Positions 56,910-64,000 of a DNA stretch of 64,000 nt are shown in pieces (the stretch's first letter is position 1; each line of letters opens with the position of its first letter). The notes beneath the pieces are model-generated. The model searched no databases, had not been told where the DNA came from, and saw nothing but the letters and a program-made list of their open reading frames with translations. This stretch comes from an uncultured Oscillospiraceae bacterium (GTDB taxonomy: Bacteria; Bacillota; Clostridia; UMGS1840), in assembly GCA_964537245.1 (NCBI GenBank), contig CAZHZL010000001.1, positions 4,421 to 68,420 on the forward strand. The letters are read 5' to 3'. A program made the translations under genes and the position numbers.

Positions 56910-58468
56910 TGTATAAGGTTGGAATAGATATTGGCGGAACCAAAATTAATATGGGACTTTTTGAAAAAGAAAGTAAAAAGCTTATCGCAAATAAAAAAGC
57001 TTATATCACAGAGATAGAAGACTTATCATTATATATTAAAGAAACGCTTACAGAACTTTGTATTGAAAATAATATAAATATAAGTCGAATAATATCAATA
57101 GGAATAGGAATTCCCGGAACTGTGAGTGCTGATGGAAAGAAAATATTAAAAGTACCGAATATCAGTATACTTTCAGATGATATTACAGTTGATTTTGAAA
57201 GCACATTAAAAATTCCTGTAAGATTTGTCCAAGATTCAAGAGCGGCAGCGTGGGGAGAATATCTGTGTGGAGGCGGAAAAGGTTCAAATTCTGTTGTATG
57301 CGTAACTCTTGGTACAGGTATAGGCACTGGTGTTGTGATAGATGGCAAAATTTATTCCGGAGCACTTGGCTGTGCAGGAGAACTCGGGCATCTTCCTACT
57401 GTAGAAAACGGAAGAAAATGTGGCTGTGGAAAAGTGGGATGTTTAGAAAAATACTGTGCCGGCGGTGGACTTGATATAACTGCAAAAGAAATTTTGGGTG
57501 ATAATAAAGCTTCATCGGACCTTTTCGAAGCTGCAAGAGGTGGAAATGAAAAAGCAGTGAAGGCAATTGAAAATGCAGTTAAAATGCTTGGAGCAGGACT
57601 TGTTTCCGTAATAAATCTTATGTCGCCTGATTGTCTGTTATTCAGTGGTGGCTTGAGTGAACAGGAAGAAATGTATCTTAATCCTATTATCGCTTACATA
57701 AAAGAGCATTGCTATGTGACAGATAAACTTCCCACAATAAAAAGAGCTGAGCTTGGAGATCTTTCACCCCTTTACGGTGCAGCATTTATACCAATGCCAG
57801 TAAAAAGAAGACCTGTTCTTTCAGCTTCAATAATGTGTGCAGATATTCTTAATATGAAAGTAGCTCTTGACGAAATAAAAGAAGCGGGAATTGAGTATCT
57901 TCATTGCGACATTATGGATAATCATTTTGTTCCAAACCTTATGATGCCAATGGAATTTTTGAATAAACTAAGACCTGCAACAGATTTGCCATTCGATTTT
58001 CATATTATGGCAGAAAATCCCGAAAGTATAATTGAAAAGCTTGAAATAAGGGAAAATGACATTATTTCTGTTCATTATGAAAGTACCGTTCATCTTCAAA
58101 AGGCAATTACATTCATAAAAGAAAAAAAAGGAAAGGCATCAGTTGCAATAAACCCGGCAACCCCCTTATGCGTGCTTGATGAAATTCTTTCACAGCTCGA
58201 TATGATTCTGATAATGAGTGTAAACCCAGGCTTTGCAGGACAGAAAATATTAGAATCAAGCTTTGGTAAGGTAAGAAAAATGAGAGAAATGCTTAAAGAA
58301 AAAAATTTAGAGCATATACTTATTCAGGTAGATGGAAACTGCAGTTTTGAAAATGTACCAAAGATGTATGAAGCAGGTGCGGATATATTTGTGGTTGGGA
58401 CATCAAGTGTGTTTAAAAAAGGAGAAACCATAAAAAAGGGAACAGAAAAATTATTGAGTTTATTGTAA
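56909..58468 (+). CDS. Fusion protein: ROK-family sugar kinase (AlsK-like) + hexulose/pentulose-phosphate 3-epimerase (AlsE/Rpe-like)
   Basis: N-terminal part: GIDIGGTK and CGCGKVGCLEKY (ROK zinc motif). C-terminal part: SASIMCADIL, HCDIMDNHFVPN, MSVNPGFAGQ and VDGNCS..ADIFVVGTS. The start overlaps the rpiB stop (TGATG). Confidence 0.85.
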   Translation: MYKVGIDIGGTKINMGLFEKESKKLIANKKAYITEIEDLSLYIKETLTELCIENNINISRIISIGIGIPGTVSADGKKILKVPNISILSDDITVDFESTLKIPVRFVQDSRAAAWGEYLCGGGKGSNSVVCVTLGTGIGTGVVIDGKIYSGALGCAGELGHLPTVENGRKCGCGKVGCLEKYCAGGGLDITAKEILGDNKASSDLFEAARGGNEKAVKAIENAVKMLGAGLVSVINLMSPDCLLFSGGLSEQEEMYLNPIIAYIKEHCYVTDKLPTIKRAELGDLSPLYGAAFIPMPVKRRPVLSASIMCADILNMKVALDEIKEAGIEYLHCDIMDNHFVPNLMMPMEFLNKLRPATDLPFDFHIMAENPESIIEKLEIRENDIISVHYESTVHLQKAITFIKEKKGKASVAINPATPLCVLDEILSQLDMILIMSVNPGFAGQKILESSFGKVRKMREMLKEKNLEHILIQVDGNCSFENVPKMYEAGADIFVVGTSSVFKKGETIKKGTEKLLSLL

Positions 58469-58482
58469 AGGAGTAAAAATTT

Positions 58483-59319
58483 ATGAAAAAGCTTAAAGTA
58501 GGACTTCAGCTTTACTCAGTTCGAGACAAAATGGAAGTAGATATGGAAAAAACTTTAAAAGCGGTAAAAGAAATTGGGTATGATTATGTGGAGTTTGCAG
58601 GTTATTTTGGAAAAACTGCTGAGGAAGTAAAAGCACTTTTAGATAAATACGAATTAGAATGTCCATCTGTCCATCAGGGATACGAAGTGTTTATTGAGAA
58701 TTCCGAAGAAAATATTAGATACTTAAAAACAATAGGAGCAAAATATTGTGCAATTCCATGGATGGGAATGGAAAAGCAAAAAGGAAATCCGGACTTTGAA
58801 AAAGCAGTTGAGGAAATAAGGACCGTAGCAAAGCTATTAAAAGATAAAGGTATACAGATGCTTTATCATAACCACGATTTTGAATTTGAAGAGTTTGAAG
58901 GTAAATATCTTTTTGACTGGCTTTACGAATCTGTCGGCCTTGACTTACTTAAGCCTGAAGTGGATACATGCTGGGTGAAATATGCAGGTGAAGATCCTTG
59001 TGCTTATCTTGAAAAATACAGTGGACATATTGATATAGTACATTTAAAGGATTTTGTATGTAAAGAATTTGCAAATGGTCCGGTGTATGCATTAATAGAT
59101 AATTCAGGAAAAGAAAACAAAACTGAAAATACAAAAGAAGATAGTAGTTTTAGGTTCAGGTATGTAGGGGGAGGATTCCAGAATTTTGAAGAAATCTTAG
59201 AGTCAGCAGAAAAAGCTGGAGCTGAATATGTTATCGTTGAACAGGATCAGTGGTATGATGATGACAGCTTAGTGCTTGCTAAAAAGAGCAGAGATTATTT
59301 AAAAAGCCTTGGAATTTAA
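58483..59319 (+). CDS. Sugar phosphate isomerase/epimerase, xylose-isomerase-like TIM barrel
   Basis: GYDYVEF, YHNHDFEF, IVHLKD and VIVEQD motifs, which are the metal-ligand positions of the AP_endonuc_2 fold. Confidence 0.75.
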   Translation: MKKLKVGLQLYSVRDKMEVDMEKTLKAVKEIGYDYVEFAGYFGKTAEEVKALLDKYELECPSVHQGYEVFIENSEENIRYLKTIGAKYCAIPWMGMEKQKGNPDFEKAVEEIRTVAKLLKDKGIQMLYHNHDFEFEEFEGKYLFDWLYESVGLDLLKPEVDTCWVKYAGEDPCAYLEKYSGHIDIVHLKDFVCKEFANGPVYALIDNSGKENKTENTKEDSSFRFRYVGGGFQNFEEILESAEKAGAEYVIVEQDQWYDDDSLVLAKKSRDYLKSLGI

Positions 59320-59328
59320 GGAGAAATT

Positions 59329-60315
59329 ATGAAACAGATAATAATGGAAGGACCTAAGAAAAGTAAGATTATTGAGGTGGAGATGCCAAAGATAAATGAC
59401 AATCAACTTTTAGTGAAGGTTATATATACCGGAATGTGTCATTCAGAGTGGTATCCGTGGAGTATCGCAAAAGAAGGCGAAATATTTGGACACGAATCTG
59501 TTGGGGTTGTTGTTGATATTGGAAAGGATATAACCGATTTTTCAGTGGGCGACAGAGTAACAGGACTTGGTGGGGGTGGATACAAGGAATACATAGTTAT
59601 GGATCCTAATAAGACTTTCAAGGTGCCGGATAATTTAAAAACAGAGGATGCAATTGGTGAACCGCTCGCCTGCATAATGAGTGTAGCAGAAAGAATTGAT
59701 ACAGGAAAAATAGGTGACCGTATAGCTATAGTAGGTTGCGGATATATGGGACTTGGACTTATTTCTCTATTAAAGGCAAGAGGCTATGCGGATATAATTG
59801 CGGTGGATAAAAGAAGAATTGCTTTAGAGAATGCAAAAAAATTTGGAGCAACCGAGACATATTTGCCTGAAGAACTGCCTGAAAATTACAAGTTAAACTG
59901 GGAAAACTGGGATAAACCTGATTTGACAAGAGATGGTCACACAACTGATATATTTAATATAGGATTTAAAAATGTTGTTGAATTTACAGGAACAGAAGAT
60001 GGGCTTAAGCTTGCAGGCGACATGGTAAGTGCACATGGAACATTGGGCGTAGCAGGATACCATAATGATGATTTAAGAACACTTGATTTTAAGCTTCTTA
60101 ATATGAAAGCAATAAAAATGTTCAACTGTCACGAAAGAAGAATAGAATACGAGGCAACATTGGTGGAACGTGCGTTAAAGCTTTTATCAAGTGGACAGTG
60201 GAAGTTTACTGGCGTTACTAATCATATATACTCTGCAGAAGAATTTGACAAGGCAAATTATGATATGGAATGCCATAATAATAATTTTATAAAAGGTGTC
60301 GTTGAATTTAAATAG
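59329..60315 (+). CDS. Zn-dependent MDR alcohol/polyol dehydrogenase (paralog of 55422..56411)
   Basis: TGMCHSEWY, FGHESVGVV and IVGCGYMGLG motifs. Collinear with the first dehydrogenase. Confidence 0.8.
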   Translation: MKQIIMEGPKKSKIIEVEMPKINDNQLLVKVIYTGMCHSEWYPWSIAKEGEIFGHESVGVVVDIGKDITDFSVGDRVTGLGGGGYKEYIVMDPNKTFKVPDNLKTEDAIGEPLACIMSVAERIDTGKIGDRIAIVGCGYMGLGLISLLKARGYADIIAVDKRRIALENAKKFGATETYLPEELPENYKLNWENWDKPDLTRDGHTTDIFNIGFKNVVEFTGTEDGLKLAGDMVSAHGTLGVAGYHNDDLRTLDFKLLNMKAIKMFNCHERRIEYEATLVERALKLLSSGQWKFTGVTNHIYSAEEFDKANYDMECHNNNFIKGVVEFK

Positions 60316-60514
60316 AAATAGCGTTTGAATTTATTATAAACTTTGATGCACAAGGGAAAGCCTTCCGGAATAACATTTTAATTGTGGTTAAGCTTATCAG
60401 CAGGCTTTTAAAACGGGAGTGTGAAATCCCTCTTAGCTACCCGACTGAGAGGGCGATTAGTTTCGCCCTGCTCGATTTATTATATATTATTGCCTTCAAG
60501 AAAAGAATGTCTTT

Positions 60515-61504
60515 TTATTTCATAAATCTCATTGTCCAGGCTTGAAGCTTTAGTCTTTTTGAAAGATATTCATCACCAAGAATAAAATCACGACAAGCCA
60601 GAAGTATATCGAAAATTGAAAGAGAAACAGGCTCTGTTACAGGGGAAAAATCTTTGCTAAGGCTGTTTTTAAGTAATTTTATATCAGATTTTTTAATTTT
60701 TCTTTCGCCTTCCTTCCTGACTTTATTTGCGAGCTCAGAATAACTTGTTATTTTGAAACGTTTATCTTTCTTTATAAGATTTATAAGTTTTTTTATATCG
60801 TTATAGTATTTTTCTGTTTGTTCCTTTGCATTCTTTCCATTCACCAAATCTGCAATTATTGCTTTTGTAGTAATTTACAGAATCCAAAAATTCAGTAAAT
60901 TCAGCCATATTAGGATGTGTGTACAGTACAGCGTGCTTTTTAGTGGCAAGAAAATTTAGCAGTTCGCGGAAATCATCATCACTGTTTTTCTCAAAGAGTT
61001 CTTCCATATTATATGTATATTTTAATTGATAAATATTACAGTAAAAAACACCACTACCATCTTCGGTATCACAAAAGGTGTCTGCTTAAAGCGGTATGCC
61101 CATATCGGAATAAGCATACATGGCAACATAGGACTTTTGATTTCCGGGAGGGCAGGCAACATATACAGGCTGATTATCCGTAGCATTGTTAATCATACGC
61201 ATTGATTCTGTTTCCTGCTTTAATAACTTGTCATATGCTTTATCAAAATCTTCAATGTCTGTGTATTCATTGATTGTAGGGGGAAGAGAATGCCCATAAG
61301 AATGATTGCTGATTTCATGAAATTCGAGAGCGTCAATCACATCTTTACGCTTCCGGTTTTTTAATTGTTGTGCCAGAAGACCTACTATAAAAAGCCTCCT
61401 TTAATGCCTGCTTCTCTTAATATTTCCGCTTCTCTGTAAATGGCATCATTCGCAATATCGGATGTGAAATCTTCTTTATCAAAAGAAAATATAATATCAG
61501 TCAT
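60515..61504 (-). pseudogene. NodB-type polysaccharide deacetylase-like gene, disrupted
   Basis: ATG at 61504 after GGAGG. Frameshift in the A5 run at about 61389-61393 (plus strand; T5 in the coding sense), in-frame stop at about 61083-61085, and a second frameshift at about 60801-60847. GGFFIVG and EISNHSYGH motifs are present. Confidence 0.6.
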
Positions 61505-61534
61505 TACATTCCTCCAAAGGTTATTTTTGTTTTT

Positions 61535-62092
61535 TTAAATTCCCAATAATTTTTTTGCATTCGTTGCAAATATTTTTTCTTTCTCAATGTCTGTCAGCAA
61601 ATTATCAAGTAAAACTCCCCCTATATACATTCCGGGATTACATGTTGGATAATCAGAACCAAAAAGAATTCTATCGACACCAAAAGCATCTATTGCATGT
61701 CTTAACATACCGTATCTGAAAATACCGTAGCCGGATAAATCAAGATAATAGTTTTCGCTGTATTTCATACGATCAACATGTCTCATAAACTCTGTGTACT
61801 CACCGGGGTGTGCAGCAACAAAAATCACACCGGGATGTTCCTTTACCATTTTATCCATTTCATCGTCACCCATGGAATGTAAACTGACAATCATATTATG
61901 TTTTTAAGCACTATCCAGCAAAACAGAAAACTCCTCACAGGAATAGTCATTCCACCCATCCATGTAAGGAACCAATTCACCAATCAGCTTTATGCCTTTT
62001 TGGTGCATGCGGTCAATCTCTTTTAAGGATTCTTCAACATAACCAGGATGAATATGGAAACCGGGAACATAAAAATCACAGTATTTTTGCAT
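61535..62092 (-). pseudogene. Amidohydrolase (Amidohydro_2-like TIM barrel) remnant
   Basis: Two same-frame ORFs separated by a TAA at 61901-61903. The N-terminal metal-binding region appears to be missing. C-terminal LFGSDYP motif. Confidence 0.55.
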
Positions 62093-62385
62093 ATTTTTCT
62101 ATACTTTTTTATATTTTTAAAGGTCATTTGTCGTATGATTTGTCGTACAGATTCTTTAATAATATGTGAAAATATGAATAACAAGTCTGTGTGTGATGTA
62201 AATTTAAAGATTCAGATTTAATGATAAACCACATAAGATATTAACTTTAAGCCACGACCCATGATCAAATGCCTTACTAACTATATATCTAATTTATGAT
62301 GAGTATGATGTAACGTATCGTAGATGATAGAACTAAATTTTTTCAAATTAATTTTATATTTAATGTTGATTTTTAAAGTTAATTA

Positions 62386-62425
62386 ACTAAAAAGCAGTCG
62401 CAGAAAAATAATCTGTGGCTGCTTT
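62386..62425 (-). terminator. Terminator downstream of nagA
   Basis: aaagcagtcgcag / ctgtggctgcttt imperfect stem with a T-run on the minus strand. Confidence 0.6.
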
Positions 62426-62434
62426 AGTGCGATT

Positions 62435-63592
62435 TTACAAAATAATTTCTCCGTTAATAATAGTTTTGCAGATATTTATATCTTTATCAAAAATAACTAT
62501 ATCGGCGTCATAATCGGGAAGTATGTCACCGATATTTTTAAGACCAAGTATTTTTGCGGGCGTGGTCGAAGCCATTTTTACAGCGTCTGCAATTGGAACT
62601 TCTGCAAGCTGTACCATATTACGAACCAATCTGTCGCAGAAAGCTACGCTTCCTGCAAAGGCACTTCTGTCGGGCAACTTTGCAACTCCGTCTTCAATTA
62701 TAACTTCAAGCCCGTCGTTAAGTCCTCCGAGAATACTTTTACCGTCAGGCATTCCCGCACCTCTCATTGAATCGGTTATAAGTGCAATTTTGTCAGCCCC
62801 TTTTATTTTATATACGAGCTTTAATAAATCCGCAGGCAAATGTATGCCGTCTGCAATTATTTCTACCGTCATATCGTCATTAAGATATGCTTCTTCAACT
62901 ATTCCTGCATATCGGAAAGCATTTTTACGGTGAACTGTGCTTGTGCAGGAATATAAATGCGTAACATGAGAAAATCCGTTTTTAAAAGACTTTTTAACAG
63001 TATCGCTGTCGGCGTCGCTATGACCTATACATGGAAGAACATTGTGATTTTTCATATATTTCCCAAATTCTTCCGAGCCGTTAAGTTCAGGCGCTCCTGT
63101 CCAGCGAATTATTGAGTCTGTCATAGAAATTATTTCTTCATATTCTTTTTTGTCAAAATCACGGATTTGATTTTCGTCCTGCGCACCTTTTTGAGAAGAA
63201 GCGAAATACGGTCCTTCTAAATGTATTCCAAGAAATTTTGCACCACTTGTATTGTCTTTTACTTTCTCAAAAACTTCAATGGCTTTTTTCATACTTTCCT
63301 TTGTGCTTGAAGTAAGTGTGGGAACGATTGAAGTTGCACCGTGTTTCGCTACTTCTTTTGCTATTTCTCTGTATGCTTCTTCTGTGCAGTCTAAAAAATC
63401 ATAATTTTTAGCACCGTGAATATGTATATCAATAAAACCGGGAGCAACATATTTTTCCTGTGCATCAATTTCAATATCAAATTGAAGTGCATCATTCGTT
63501 ACAGCTAAAATTTTTGTATCTTTTATATACACATCAGCTTTCACTTCTTTACCGTTGGTAATTACGATACCATTACTTATTTTTGTAACCAT
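62435..63592 (-). CDS. nagA: N-acetylglucosamine-6-phosphate deacetylase
   Basis: Start trimmed to MVTKISNG. GFIDIHIHG, HLEGPY and GHSDA motifs. Confidence 0.9.
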   Translation of the reverse strand: MVTKISNGIVITNGKEVKADVYIKDTKILAVTNDALQFDIEIDAQEKYVAPGFIDIHIHGAKNYDFLDCTEEAYREIAKEVAKHGATSIVPTLTSSTKESMKKAIEVFEKVKDNTSGAKFLGIHLEGPYFASSQKGAQDENQIRDFDKKEYEEIISMTDSIIRWTGAPELNGSEEFGKYMKNHNVLPCIGHSDADSDTVKKSFKNGFSHVTHLYSCTSTVHRKNAFRYAGIVEEAYLNDDMTVEIIADGIHLPADLLKLVYKIKGADKIALITDSMRGAGMPDGKSILGGLNDGLEVIIEDGVAKLPDRSAFAGSVAFCDRLVRNMVQLAEVPIADAVKMASTTPAKILGLKNIGDILPDYDADIVIFDKDINICKTIINGEIIL

Positions 63593-63605
63593 AATAAAAT
63601 TTTCC

Positions 63606-64000
63606 TCAAAGAAGCGAACTGCTATCTTTATCGCAGTATAATATTGAATTATCTTTTGTGCGAAGAATTGTTGCAGGACATTCTTCTGAAATTTCACCCT
63701 CTACGGTTCTTTTTACTGCATTTGCCTTTGTTGGAGCAGGAACAACGCAAAAATGATAATCAGCCGCCATAAGTGTTGGAATAGTAAGTGTTAAGGCGTA
63801 TTTCGGTACATCTGAAAGCTTTTCAAAGCAACCGTCATTTACCTGCTGATTACGACAAACCTCGTCAAGCTCAACAGCTTTAACAATCTTTTCGTCATTG
63901 AAAAATGCAACGTGTGGGTCATTAAACGCAATATGACCGTTTTCTCCAATGCCCATAACAACTATATCGGCAGGATTTTCAGTAAGAAGTTTTGCGTATC
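63606..64000 (-). CDS. nagB: Glucosamine-6-phosphate deaminase (C-terminal part; continues past the window end)
   Basis: GIGENGHIAFNDP motif. The reading frame stays open to nt 64000. Confidence 0.85.
   Translation of the reverse strand, partial: YAKLLTENPADIVVMGIGENGHIAFNDPHVAFFNDEKIVKAVELDEVCRNQQVNDGCFEKLSDVPKYALTLTIPTLMAADYHFCVVPAPTKANAVKRTVEGEISEECPATILRTKDNSILYCDKDSSSLL

Noticed and set aside
1-64000. Search for CRISPR arrays, rRNA genes, IS elements with terminal inverted repeats, and long non-coding direct repeats.
   Set aside because: No regularly spaced 25-40 nt repeats, no rRNA-like stretches and no transposase with flanking IRs were seen. The only tandem repeats are inside coding regions (5753-5944, 11936-12145).

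Overview
AT-rich, almost fully coding chromosomal segment of a low-GC Firmicute, Clostridia-like: it has a SpoIIM-like gene, glycyl-radical enzyme genes, an ECF S-component and consensus sigma-A promoters. All family assignments come from motifs I recognise by eye; no database search was run.

Layout in order:
(1) 1-1.75 kb: partial methyltransferase and D-lactate dehydrogenase.
(2) 1.9-12.3 kb: a compact, intact phage head and packaging module (TerS, TerL, portal, collagen-repeat protein, scaffold, major capsid, three large unknowns). It has no integrase, replication, recognisable tail or lysis genes, and ends near tRNA-Val.
(3) 13.2-15 kb: DEAD-box helicase.
(4) 15-26.9 kb: a Wzx/polymerase-type polysaccharide locus with 3 GT4, 1 GT2, an EpsG-like polymerase, a flippase, a TupA-like ATP-grasp, a nucleotidyltransferase and a HUH-dead transposase-like HTH protein.
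(5) 27-32.7 kb: asnA, type III glutamine synthetase, mntP, an AraC regulator, a DUF4364-like gene and an ECF-S gene.
(6) 32.7-36.6 kb: an orphan short glycyl-radical enzyme with its activase and a divergent AraC regulator.
(7) 36.8-48.1 kb: housekeeping genes (yebC, nrdR, tRNA-Gln, spoIIM-like, ldh, efp, mgtC, yfcE, metA, DUF1015, PHP phosphatase, M20 hydrolase, HAD).
(8) 48.2-48.4 kb: tRNA-Thr and tRNA-Tyr, followed by a roughly 6 kb degraded conjugative-element fragment. It carries a tandem ArdA-like antirestriction protein, paralogous winged-helix proteins, proteins sharing an odd EEQGxM C-terminal tail, and a DUF4320 pilus-type gene next to a truncated stub.
(9) 54.5-60.3 kb: an AraC-controlled rare-sugar or polyol cluster (two MDR dehydrogenases, rpiB, an AlsK-like ROK kinase fused to an AlsE-like 3-epimerase, a TIM-barrel isomerase) with no transporter.
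(10) 60.3-62.4 kb: two decaying pseudogenes and orphan AT-rich DNA.
(11) 62.4-64 kb: nagA and partial nagB.

No CRISPR array and no rRNA were seen.

Best candidates for something new:
- the ROK-epimerase fusion cluster
- the orphan short GRE
- the head-only phage module
- the ArdA-containing remnant with its shared C-terminal tails
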